A stretch of DNA of 53,782 nt. Source: a virus. Its lineage: Duplodnaviria; Caudoviricetes. The position numbers were made by a program, and so were the translations under genes. A model generated the notes under the pieces. That model saw nothing but the letters and a program-made list of their open reading frames with translations. It was not told where the DNA came from and ran no database searches. The stretch's first letter is position 1. Each line of letters starts with the position of its first letter. Shown here piece after piece: positions 26,771-35,407 of this stretch. Location of the stretch: positions 1 through 53,782 of the IMG/VR virus record IMGVR_UViG_3300020470_000010; one strand, 5' to 3'.

Positions 26771-26926
26771 ATGGACTTACTATCTGAGTCTGATAGAGAA
26801 AAGCGTAAAGAATTACGTCGCATTATCGATGCTTGGGGTACTCCTCGTGCATACGATAAAGAATCTACTATCGAGGCTCAGAAACAATATATCCAACTTC
26901 AAATGAAATCTTCGGGGAGACTCTAA
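26771..26926 (+). CDS. Small hypothetical protein (51 aa, not in ORF track)
   Basis: MDLLSESDREKRKELRRIIDAWG...; fills the gap between neighbours. Confidence 0.45.
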   Translation: MDLLSESDREKRKELRRIIDAWGTPRAYDKESTIEAQKQYIQLQMKSSGRL

Positions 26927-26929
26927 ATC

Positions 26930-27976
26930 ATGGTAAGGATGGCAGGTTTAGAGGAAAGAATGTTGGGTTGGCCTGAATTCAGGAATCCTAGAGATAGGTA
27001 TGCTTATTCCAGTCCTGAAGCGATAGGAGAGATAATACCTGGGATTAGAGATCATCTTCATAGATGGGAAGATCCTGTTGAAATCAGTTCAGGCCCTTAT
27101 ATACCTAGTGAAGATACTTCCGAGATTGTCCCTCTTGTAGAGTCTAGCGGTGGTGGAATCACAGGCATGAAGGATGAGATTCCTGGATACATGAATCCAA
27201 TCACAGGTGATATTGAAGTTGCTGGGCTATTTGATCGACTGAAAAGCGGCGGATCAGGAGGTGGAGTACCTGAAACCAAGAATAAATGGGGCGTATTAGA
27301 TTCCAAGCTTGTGGAAAGTGGTGACATGACTCTACAAGAATTTATAGAGAAATGGGGCATTAATCCGAGTGATTATGAACAGCTACCTCAAGCTTTTGCA
27401 TCTCCTAATCCAGGGCCTAGACCAGTAAAGCCTGGGGAGGTTCCAACAGATCCAAGCAGCCCTTATGCTCCCCCAGGAAGGATAGATGGGGCGATGTTCG
27501 CTCATGTTAATAAAACTGGTACAGCACATGATTGGCAAGATCCTAGTCATGGTGGTATTCGTGTACCTGGTGGAACTATAAATCCTCATGGCCAGAGAGG
27601 AGGTCTTACTTATCCCGATGGTAGAGCTAAATATTCCCAAGAAGAGGTGCTCCAAATGATGAAAGATGGAAAGATAGATCCTAATAGTTATAAATGGGAC
27701 GATAGATTTTGGCCTGCAGATTCTCGACCTGGGGATGGTAGCAACCTGACTCCAGAAGCACAAAAACTTTACGATAGTATTTTTAGTGAGGATTTAAATT
27801 CTGGATTAGGCTTTGGTTCTGAGATAGCAGGTAATCCTAGTTTTGATATCGACCCTTCAAGGTCAACTTTAAGAAGAGCTAAGATGCTTAATAAATTAAA
27901 AAATAACCCAAGTGCAAGCGAAGTCGAAGTTATTAAAAGAATGCTTGGTGGTGGCCTAGAACTTCCGAAAGTTTAG
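26930..27976 (+). CDS. Hypothetical G/P-rich protein
   Basis: 348-aa ORF. Confidence 0.55.
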   Translation: MVRMAGLEERMLGWPEFRNPRDRYAYSSPEAIGEIIPGIRDHLHRWEDPVEISSGPYIPSEDTSEIVPLVESSGGGITGMKDEIPGYMNPITGDIEVAGLFDRLKSGGSGGGVPETKNKWGVLDSKLVESGDMTLQEFIEKWGINPSDYEQLPQAFASPNPGPRPVKPGEVPTDPSSPYAPPGRIDGAMFAHVNKTGTAHDWQDPSHGGIRVPGGTINPHGQRGGLTYPDGRAKYSQEEVLQMMKDGKIDPNSYKWDDRFWPADSRPGDGSNLTPEAQKLYDSIFSEDLNSGLGFGSEIAGNPSFDIDPSRSTLRRAKMLNKLKNNPSASEVEVIKRMLGGGLELPKV

Positions 27977-28123
27977 AGGGGTTAAGTATTAATCAACGAT
28001 CTAAATATAGTTTAAAATTAATTAAACTTGCTCGTAAAGCAGAGCACTGTACTTCTCGTGAAGAAGCACAGAAAATTTTACGTAAAACTAAAAAAACACA
28101 AAAGAAAATTTTTAAACTAAATC

Positions 28124-28267
28124 ATGAATGATTTTCAGTTGGCTGTTCTTTATTGTTATTTACCTTTTATTGTTTTTATTACTTTTTACTATTTAACACA
28201 GCCTAGTGACGATGATGATGATGACGATGATAGAGGTACTTTAGTCCCTGCGTATTATCCTACGTAA
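28124..28267 (+). CDS. Small membrane protein with poly-Asp tail (picocyanobacterial type)
   Basis: MNDFQLAVLYCYLPFIVFITFYYLTQPSDDDDDDDDRGTLVPAYYPT. Confidence 0.6.
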   Translation: MNDFQLAVLYCYLPFIVFITFYYLTQPSDDDDDDDDRGTLVPAYYPT

Positions 28268-28271
28268 TATT

Positions 28272-28862
28272 TCAGTCGCCTAACGTATTAAAACCCCTAA
28301 AATTACCTACAGAAAAAGTAGATCTAGACCCATCTGCTCTTTTTCCTACTCCATGAGTGTTGAAAGTATTTTGTCTGCTGTGATTGCTATAACCAAAACC
28401 TTCTGCACTATCAGGGTTCTTTCCTTGAGTAGGGCTAAATCTTGCTGCAACATCCCTTCCAAATTGACCAAGACTAAAGCTTAGTCCAAGTGGACTCATA
28501 TTTTCCCTCTTAGCCCCTTTACCTGAGCCCTGTTTTCTCCCTCCTCCCCATTTTCGCCAGGGAACGCCTTGAGCAAACTTACGGTCAGGAAAATTTTCGT
28601 TTCCAAACGCCCAATTGTATTCTCTAGTTTCTTCTGGAGTCGCCACTCTTGAGAGATATACAGCCCGATCCATGCTGTCTATTTCCGATCTGCCGTAACG
28701 TTTACCTTCTTCTATATGGTTGCTTAGCAACGTTTTCCATTTTTCTTGGGCTGTCTTTCTTTTTGCTTCCTCTTGAACAGGGTCAATGATTTGCTCTGTC
28801 TCAAGGGTTTGATCTTTTTTGGATCTTAAAAAATCAGTTGTGAAAGATGGTAATTGAGACAT
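28272..28862 (-). CDS. Hypothetical protein
   Basis: 196-aa ORF. Confidence 0.5.
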   Translation of the reverse strand: MSQLPSFTTDFLRSKKDQTLETEQIIDPVQEEAKRKTAQEKWKTLLSNHIEEGKRYGRSEIDSMDRAVYLSRVATPEETREYNWAFGNENFPDRKFAQGVPWRKWGGGRKQGSGKGAKRENMSPLGLSFSLGQFGRDVAARFSPTQGKNPDSAEGFGYSNHSRQNTFNTHGVGKRADGSRSTFSVGNFRGFNTLGD

Positions 28863-29000
28863 TATCCAGGGTTGCCAACTTGTAATCCGAAAGGCACGAT
28901 TTTTGGTTGATACCGTAACTCCTATTGTAAAGCTTTTACAAAATCTACGAACTTAATCCCTCTCAGGCGAGTTTAAGGTAGATCTAATTGATATTGGTGT

Positions 29001-29504
29001 ATGACACCCGAGCGATGGGAGGCTTATATGTACGGCCTCATCGACTTGTCCCCCGGCTCTGCTAAGAAGCATTTTCGGCAATCGATTAAAGATGAATGGG
29101 GGTGTTGTGCTTATTGTGGCAGAATCCCAGATAAGGATGATGAATCGTCTGAAATGACATTAGATCATGTTAAGCCAAGGTTCTTCGGAGGGAGTAGTTT
29201 AAGGTCTAACCTTGTTCCTGCTTGCACACGTTGCAATAAGGACAAGGGAAGCATTCGCTACTGGAGGCATTGGTATGACAAACAGGATTTCTACTGTCCT
29301 GCAAAAGCAGCCAGAATTGAAACATGGCTTCAACCTGAATCGATAGGAGGTAACAATGGAAGAGGAATTCACTATCGAACAACAGTACGCCCTCAGAAGG
29401 CTCAGGATCGAAATGCAGGAGCTCTCGCGAGCAGAACTCATGGAAGCATTATTAGAATGCTCGGAGGATCTATATCGGCAGAAGCAGTTCTTTTTGCAGC
29501 TTAG
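29001..29504 (+). CDS. HNH endonuclease
   Basis: CAYCG...TLDHVKPR..GG....NLVPACTRCNKDKG. Confidence 0.9.
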   Translation: MTPERWEAYMYGLIDLSPGSAKKHFRQSIKDEWGCCAYCGRIPDKDDESSEMTLDHVKPRFFGGSSLRSNLVPACTRCNKDKGSIRYWRHWYDKQDFYCPAKAARIETWLQPESIGGNNGRGIHYRTTVRPQKAQDRNAGALASRTHGSIIRMLGGSISAEAVLFAA

Positions 29505-29697
29505 TCATGAGGCGGGTTTTACTTTTCGCTTGGAAGACAAAATTCCTGCTCTTGTTCCAACTAGTGAAGAAGATTTTAAGAAGGTGTTCGGGTATAACCC
29601 CACTCCAGAGGAGAAAGCGACTTACGTGAATGGCCTATATGATGATGCCACTATGGAATTAGACATGGACGAAATTGTACTTGATTCTGAAGACTGA
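29356..29697 (+). CDS. NblA-like phycobiliprotein degradation adaptor with C-terminal acidic extension
   Basis: FTIEQQYALRRLRIEMQELSRAELMEALLECSEDLYRQKQFFLQL resembles the NblA L(S/T)LEQQF..MS.EQ pattern; GGAGG RBS inside the HNH gene. Confidence 0.55.
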   Translation: MEEEFTIEQQYALRRLRIEMQELSRAELMEALLECSEDLYRQKQFFLQLSHEAGFTFRLEDKIPALVPTSEEDFKKVFGYNPTPEEKATYVNGLYDDATMELDMDEIVLDSED

Positions 29698-29731
29698 TCA
29701 TATACAATCAAGTAACTATATATAAGGCGTT

Positions 29732-30103
29732 ATGGAAGCGGTGATTACTGGAGCTATTGCTGCGATTATAGGCTTAGCATCTGGACAAGCGATCAGTGTT
29801 CGATTGGCGGGAGTTAAAGGTAAAGATGAGAGTCGTATAGCAGCTTTAGAAGCCAGCGTATCGACCATGATTACTCGAGAAGAAGTTCAAAGTGCTTTCC
29901 TACAAGTAGCCAAGATCGAAGCAGAGAAGCAAAAAGCGGCAATGACGCCTCCTCCTATACCTTCAAATGTATCTTTTGAAGAAGCCGTTTTAAGTAGGCA
30001 GCAAAATCTACAAAGAGCAGCGGCTCAAACTGATCAAGTGAATCAGCAAATGAATCAACAATTAGCAGCTTTGCAGCAGAAGTTAAAGGAAATTCAAGGC
30101 TGA
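29732..30103 (+). CDS. Membrane-anchored coiled-coil protein
   Basis: N-terminal hydrophobic segment, Q-rich coiled coil. Confidence 0.5.
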   Translation: MEAVITGAIAAIIGLASGQAISVRLAGVKGKDESRIAALEASVSTMITREEVQSAFLQVAKIEAEKQKAAMTPPPIPSNVSFEEAVLSRQQNLQRAAAQTDQVNQQMNQQLAALQQKLKEIQG

Positions 30104-30104
30104 A

Positions 30105-30623
30105 GTGAAGATCAAAGTCGTAAACAATTTTTTAGAAGACACAATATTTGATTCTTTGTGTCGTTTAGTTTTATATGATATTGATTTTCCTTGGTTTTAC
30201 ACTTCAGGGGTAGCTCATAATGCGTTGGAGGGGGATCAGAATGGATTTTATTTTGTACATCCTATTTTCGAAGATGGTAGAGGTTTTATAACTGCATCTC
30301 CAGAAATCAGGTCGAGGTTAAAGCCATTGTCTAAGTTATTAGGTATGAAACAATTATTGAGGGCTCGGTTACTTTTGTATGTCAATCAAGGGGAACAAAT
30401 TGTTCATGATAAGCATACAGATTTCGATGATTCTCATCATGCTTTTTTGCTTTATTTAAATTCCAACAATGGATATACAGAATTCCATCATGAAGATAAG
30501 CCTAGCGAAAAGGTTATAAGCACTAAGAATAGAGCAGTTTTATTTGATGGTTCTAAACCTCACAACAGTTCAACACCTACGAACACTCGAAGAAGGGTTG
30601 TCTTAGCAGTGAATTACCTATAA
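30105..30623 (+). CDS. 2OG-Fe(II) oxygenase family protein
   Basis: HTD...NGYT...NRAVLFDGSKPHNS...RVVLAVNY. Confidence 0.8.
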   Translation: MKIKVVNNFLEDTIFDSLCRLVLYDIDFPWFYTSGVAHNALEGDQNGFYFVHPIFEDGRGFITASPEIRSRLKPLSKLLGMKQLLRARLLLYVNQGEQIVHDKHTDFDDSHHAFLLYLNSNNGYTEFHHEDKPSEKVISTKNRAVLFDGSKPHNSSTPTNTRRRVVLAVNYL

Positions 30624-30645
30624 GATTAAATCCCGATAATTTTTC

Positions 30646-30858
30646 ATGGCTGAAACAACAATCAAGTTCAGAATTGATCAAAATGGTAACGTAAAGGAGG
30701 AAGTGATAGGTGTTGTGTGCAGTAATTGTACTGACATAACCAAGCAAGTCGAAAGTGACTTGGGCTCAGTCATATCAAGGACTTTGAAAGGAGAATATTA
30801 TCAACCTTGCACCATAAATCAAGCAGACCAGAAAGAAATAGTGGCACAAACCGAGTAA
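30646..30858 (+). CDS. DUF2997-like small protein
   Basis: IKFRIDQNGNVKEEVIGV....C...T..VE..LG......EYY. Confidence 0.7.
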   Translation: MAETTIKFRIDQNGNVKEEVIGVVCSNCTDITKQVESDLGSVISRTLKGEYYQPCTINQADQKEIVAQTE

Positions 30859-30911
30859 AACTACCTATTACAGGTATTAACATAAAGGTTTATTTACTCA
30901 CTTGAGTACTC

Positions 30912-31277
30912 ATGATTAAGTCTGCTCTTGTAGCTGCAGCATCTTCTATAGCTATCTCTCCAGCTGTTTTTGCTGGTCCTTATGTCAATGTTGAAACTAA
31001 CGCTGGTTGGTTAGACAAAGAATTTACTGCTGCTGTTACTGATATTCATTTCGGCGTAGAAGGTCAGAACGGAGCTTGGAACTATTACGCACAAGGTGGC
31101 CCTGCTTACGTTAAGGTTGCTGATGTTGATGGAGAAGTTCGTCTTTCAGGTAAAGCTGGCGGTGGATATGCTATCTCTGAGTCTGTAGGCGTTTATGGTG
31201 AACTATCTGCACGTACTGGCGAAGATAAGGAAGATTTTTCAACAGGCGGTAAACTAGGTCTTAAGTACAAGTTCTAG
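30912..31277 (+). CDS. Small outer-membrane beta-barrel-like protein (cyanophage/Prochlorococcus type)
   Basis: Signal peptide, AGPYVNVETNAG, alternating beta pattern, C-terminal KYKF. Confidence 0.7.
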   Translation: MIKSALVAAASSIAISPAVFAGPYVNVETNAGWLDKEFTAAVTDIHFGVEGQNGAWNYYAQGGPAYVKVADVDGEVRLSGKAGGGYAISESVGVYGELSARTGEDKEDFSTGGKLGLKYKF

Positions 31278-31282
31278 TTCCC

Positions 31283-31537
31283 ATGAACCAGAAGATATTT
31301 AATATCTTCGCTGTTGCCAGCCTCGCACTTTCCAGCAGTCTTGCTGTAGGTGTGGTGGCTGGTATTTTTTATGTCAGAAGTGACGCAGCGAAAGAAGCAG
31401 TTAAGTCTCGCTTAATGAAGCTGATCACTCCTGACATCGATGGGCAAATGATGAAAGCGGTTCCCGACATAGGTAACGCCACCTTGGATGCAATCAAATT
31501 CCCAGATATGACAGGACCTGTAGCACCAAAACTTTAG
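31283..31537 (+). CDS. Small membrane protein
   Basis: N-terminal TM helix; P.MTGP motif. Confidence 0.55.
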   Translation: MNQKIFNIFAVASLALSSSLAVGVVAGIFYVRSDAAKEAVKSRLMKLITPDIDGQMMKAVPDIGNATLDAIKFPDMTGPVAPKL

Positions 31538-31552
31538 ACTGAACGTATCAAC

Positions 31553-31756
31553 ATGATTGCTACGCTCGTGACTCTTGATGTCATTGATGTAGGAGAACAT
31601 GAATTCATCTACAAACGACTAGATGGTTCATACTATGCTTTACGTGTAAGAGCAGGAAAAGCAGATGAGATTATTGAGTTGGGTGATATCCCTCCTGAAA
31701 GACGTTCCCGTCAGGAGCCAATAATTCATGGGGACGATCAGGATCCCGAAGATTAA
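31553..31756 (+). CDS. Hypothetical protein
   Basis: 67-aa ORF. Confidence 0.4.
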   Translation: MIATLVTLDVIDVGEHEFIYKRLDGSYYALRVRAGKADEIIELGDIPPERRSRQEPIIHGDDQDPED

Positions 31757-32555
31757 TAGTCCAGGGGTTAGGGACATTTCGATTAGAGATCTGTCAGTCC
31801 CCACCGTGAAAGTGTGGGCTACAGACCCTCCAGCAAGCCTTCCTTTATACCTTCCAGTAACAGCTGACATGGGCTGGCCTCTTATTGAGATGCCTGGCTG
31901 CGTAGAGGCTAGAGAGGAGTGGAACGAGAAAGCATTGGAAGACGACCCAGAAGGCAATCTTTTGCTGTGTACAGACGTTGGGATGCCTTCTTTTCAAACT
32001 CTGGACTACAACCAAGAAGGAATGGTTTTTGTCCAGAAGAAGGCTCCTGATCTACCTAATACGGGAGTAGGAGGCGATCAAGATAATAGTAAGGAAAATA
32101 ATGAAAATGGTGATACCAATCAAGATACTTCTGCTTTTTCTACCGATAATTTTACAGGAGATATTCCAAAGAATATCGAACCAAAAGAAAAACCATGTCC
32201 TCGTCCAGACGATCCTAGTGTCGGCAGTAAAGGTAAGTTTGGTAGAGGACGTGTTAAAGGTTACGAGCGTAACGAGGAAGGGGAATGTATCACATTGTGG
32301 GAAGAGGTAGCCGTACTGGAAACTGTTAACACATACCTACCACCACCACCACTCATACTCAGCACAGGAGCGATTGCAGCTACAGCGGTGACGTCTAGTG
32401 TTCTTATTAAGCCTTTATCAGATTATCTGTTAAAAATTATCAAGCCTTTAGTGAAAAAAGTTCTCAAAAAGGTTTTACCAAAGCTTATGGGGAAGAAGCC
32501 CAAGGTGCTCTCCGTTCGTGAACGCCGATTGTCTCAACGGGATTTGAGGAAATAA
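31728..32555 (+). CDS. Cyanophage-type membrane protein (Cys pairs, C-terminal TM and basic tail)
   Basis: MPGCVEA, LLLC, KPCP...EC; TGAIAATAVTSSVL then LLKIIKPLVKK. Confidence 0.6.
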   Translation: MGTIRIPKINSPGVRDISIRDLSVPTVKVWATDPPASLPLYLPVTADMGWPLIEMPGCVEAREEWNEKALEDDPEGNLLLCTDVGMPSFQTLDYNQEGMVFVQKKAPDLPNTGVGGDQDNSKENNENGDTNQDTSAFSTDNFTGDIPKNIEPKEKPCPRPDDPSVGSKGKFGRGRVKGYERNEEGECITLWEEVAVLETVNTYLPPPPLILSTGAIAATAVTSSVLIKPLSDYLLKIIKPLVKKVLKKVLPKLMGKKPKVLSVRERRLSQRDLRK

Positions 32556-33240
32556 CTTCTTTGATTTGACTTTTTTCGATTTTAGGTATGGAGTGAGAGT
32601 GGTCTGGTAATACTCCCGGAGGGTTGATAACCTTAACGTCGGCACATATTGCTGCATATTTGCTGTTAGAAGCGAAGACTATGCCTTCCTTGGCGAGATT
32701 GCCGCAATGTTTTAACCGAGAAATTTCATAATCTAAAACTTTCATATTTAACGTGGCTTGTTGAAGTGCTATTTGATTTGTAGCAGCATTCCTACATAGC
32801 TCTACCATTCTCTTATCTAATGATTTAGACCAGCTAGCGGTGAATCCTGCTGTCAAATTGAGATTATCCTTCTGTAATGTTTGAATCGTTTTCTCGAATA
32901 ATATGTCGCCCGGATTATCAGGAACTGTGTCCCCATCTAAATCCCTGAGATCGTATACCGGTTCTTGATAGGTTTCCTCAAATGGTAATCTTTGACCGAA
33001 GGTAGCTCCCGCATAAGGTGTAATAGTTAATGTAGAGCTTTGACAGTTTACGCCTCCAGTAAACGTCGAGTTCATATAAGTGCCGTTCAGTACTTGGTAT
33101 GCATTAACAGTTGCTTGACCGGAAGAATTGGCGACCGGATTAGAAGTAGCCGATATACCTCCAATATCACTTGCTCTGACAGGGAGAGTAAATAACAGCG
33201 ATATCGTTAAAAGCCTTGGTATAACAGGGATCTTAATCAC
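32485..33240 (-). CDS. Secreted protein, cassette gene 3
   Basis: Signal peptide; GGISATSNPVANSSG, CQSSTL, LKHCG. Confidence 0.65.
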   Translation of the reverse strand: MIKIPVIPRLLTISLLFTLPVRASDIGGISATSNPVANSSGQATVNAYQVLNGTYMNSTFTGGVNCQSSTLTITPYAGATFGQRLPFEETYQEPVYDLRDLDGDTVPDNPGDILFEKTIQTLQKDNLNLTAGFTASWSKSLDKRMVELCRNAATNQIALQQATLNMKVLDYEISRLKHCGNLAKEGIVFASNSKYAAICADVKVINPPGVLPDHSHSIPKIEKSQIKEVISSNPVETIGVHERRAPWASSP

Positions 33241-33695
33241 TGGCTGAACACTGAAGTTGATTCTACAATTGTATCGGCTTCTACGGTGCGCGTCACGGTG
33301 GTTCTATTGCGAAGCCCAGCTCCAGAATAAGTCTCAGCAAACATGAAGCTAGCCCCTGGTTCGACGATTGACCATGTTGGCTTGTTATTTAGATCCAAGC
33401 CTTTCCATGTTGTAGTGATGCCATTAACGGTGATACTCCCTGCGTCTACAGCAGGTGCAGTGATATTGTTGCTACTAGGTTGTACGTTTTGGCCTGACAC
33501 CGTATACTCCCAACCGGTAGAGAAATCTTCAGACACTATCGTCTCCGATGTCACTACACGACTCTCGGTTCGAGACGTTAACTGGCCTTGAGAAAAATTT
33601 GGCACGACCGGGACGGCCAGGACATTTGCAGGTATGAATATTGTGGTGGCCGCATACAGGACATGACGTATACTTCTTCTCATAAACTGAGACAT
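33237..33695 (-). CDS. Secreted beta-rich protein, cassette gene 2
   Basis: Signal peptide; VPVVPNFSQG...FAETYSGAG...TSVFSQ. Confidence 0.65.
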   Translation of the reverse strand: MSQFMRRSIRHVLYAATTIFIPANVLAVPVVPNFSQGQLTSRTESRVVTSETIVSEDFSTGWEYTVSGQNVQPSSNNITAPAVDAGSITVNGITTTWKGLDLNNKPTWSIVEPGASFMFAETYSGAGLRNRTTVTRTVEADTIVESTSVFSQ

Positions 33696-33713
33696 CTGTC
33701 ATTATGCCTCCAA

Positions 33714-34244
33714 TTAGTTGCCGATTATTAGCTCATTGGTAATTTGACCAATCGCAGTCGTACCAGCCGCTCCAGCAGTTAGAGTCGAGATTGTACCTCC
33801 TGCAGAACTGCTGAGAGCACCCGCCAAGGTTCCCTTAGTGCCTCCGGCAAAAGTGGTGGTTGAGCCGTAAGCTGGAATGGACTGTACTTGACCGGTTGTC
33901 GTACTCACTGTTGACCCGGCATTCAAGGTAGCTATAGGGTCGCCTTGCAAATAATTTTCTGCAAAACTGAACTGATTTCCGGTTGTATGAATTTCATACG
34001 TACCAGCTTTAATTGTTGGGCTTGCGGTCGCAGACCCGGCGGTTAGTCCACCGAAAACGTCGTTATTACCGGTGCCGACTTTAATATTTGTGCCACTTAC
34101 GGAATATGCAGAGCCGATTCTTGATGCAGTTGATGAGGCTCCATCAACGGTGAGTTGTACCGAGGCTTGATGTCTCATCGTGATATCGGCCATAGCTGGT
34201 CCCGCTGACAAAGTAAATATTGCCAGTAAGATCTTCCACTTCAT
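33714..34244 (-). CDS. Secreted G/T/A-rich protein, cassette gene 1
   Basis: Signal peptide ending AMA; SVQLTVD...RIGSAYSVSG...AGAAGTTAIGQ. Confidence 0.65.
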   Translation of the reverse strand: MKWKILLAIFTLSAGPAMADITMRHQASVQLTVDGASSTASRIGSAYSVSGTNIKVGTGNNDVFGGLTAGSATASPTIKAGTYEIHTTGNQFSFAENYLQGDPIATLNAGSTVSTTTGQVQSIPAYGSTTTFAGGTKGTLAGALSSSAGGTISTLTAGAAGTTAIGQITNELIIGN

Positions 34245-34276
34245 AATTCAAAAGCATTGGTCTTTGTAAATTTATA

Positions 34277-34609
34277 TTAGGTGTTTTCACGCCCGTCATG
34301 TTTCGTGAAGGATTCACCGTCAGGCTTCGTATTACGATCATCGGTTCCCCAACCATTACGCTGATACTCCATTAAGAATACAAGGCAACACCCTGCATGT
34401 GCTAAATGTGAAAACCCGGTTTCAGGATCTTTATCTTCTCCTTTCCACCAAGCAAAGATATGTCGACACAACGCTGCAAAATATCTACCCCACTCTGCTC
34501 CTCTGCACCAATTATTAGCTTCGTATTTATCAGCACCATAAGTTAATACATCGGTTATTTCTTCGATAGCAGCCCAAGGGGTTAATTCAAAGCGAGTCTT
34601 TGGCTTCAT
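34277..34609 (-). CDS. dATP/dGTP diphosphohydrolase domain protein (DUF5664)
   Basis: VLTYGADKY...NW..G.....Y.AAL.RH..AWW.GED.DPETG.SHLAHA.CCL.FL. Confidence 0.85.
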   Translation of the reverse strand: MKPKTRFELTPWAAIEEITDVLTYGADKYEANNWCRGAEWGRYFAALCRHIFAWWKGEDKDPETGFSHLAHAGCCLVFLMEYQRNGWGTDDRNTKPDGESFTKHDGRENT

Positions 34610-34959
34610 ATGTATTTAGTATCCGTCCTAGGATAGGAAATGAATTGAATATTTCCAATACCTTGAGAGGAAATCCAGGAGCTCCTTATAGACATAATCC
34701 TAAGAAGGTTGAGCCTTTAGTTAGGAAGCACTTAGCTCGTGCTAGAAAATCTAATTCAGACGCTCAGTCTTATGGTGGCAGCACAGGAGGTAGGAAGAGT
34801 TTGCAAAGCGGGGGTAGTGGATTAAATGTTTTAAGAGAAAGAGCTACAAAGATGAGAACTGATGAAGAGATTTTCAACGATTCCGCAGCCGAGCTGGGGC
34901 ATGACATGAGGAAGGAATTCTCGCCGAAGTCTTCTGGTTTTGAGACTTTTGATCTATAA
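34600..34959 (+). CDS. Hypothetical protein (start uncertain)
   Basis: 119-aa ORF between two minus-strand genes. Confidence 0.4.
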   Translation: MASYVFSIRPRIGNELNISNTLRGNPGAPYRHNPKKVEPLVRKHLARARKSNSDAQSYGGSTGGRKSLQSGGSGLNVLRERATKMRTDEEIFNDSAAELGHDMRKEFSPKSSGFETFDL

Positions 34960-35407
34960 CTTTTTCAGGAGGAGTAGGAGGTAGATAAGCTTCGACAAAA
35001 TTAGTAGATATTGGTTTTAATTTGAGAATAGGTCTCGAAGTCCTCTTAGGCAGACTCTGAACTAACTCGATAGCTTCAAAGCTCTCTATAGTGAACAAGC
35101 AACTACGACCTGAACTCCATTGAGGATCTGGGTCTGTGGGATCCCACCATTTGGAAACTTTAAAAGGTGATTCGTTTAATTGTTTATATCCAGAAAGAGA
35201 TACATGAAAAGAATGAAGACGTCGGGCAAGAGCTGTAATGTTATCGAAAGTTGTCTCATCTAGCTTTTCCCTCAATTCTAATTCTTCAGGTAGTGCGTCA
35301 GACCAAAATAGCCATGAATCGTAAACAATAGATCGGCAAGTTAGCCACCATTCGCCAGTAGGAATTTGAAATTCTTCTTCTTTGAATCTGGCGTAAGGAT
35401 TATGCAT
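34874..35407 (-). CDS. Hypothetical protein, possible degenerate peptidase M15 fold
   Basis: NITALARRL...PFKVSKWWDP...GRSCLF parallels the M15 pattern but lacks Zn ligands. Confidence 0.4.
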   Translation of the reverse strand: MHNPYARFKEEEFQIPTGEWWLTCRSIVYDSWLFWSDALPEELELREKLDETTFDNITALARRLHSFHVSLSGYKQLNESPFKVSKWWDPTDPDPQWSSGRSCLFTIESFEAIELVQSLPKRTSRPILKLKPISTNFVEAYLPPTPPEKVIDQKSQNQKTSARIPSSCHAPARLRNR

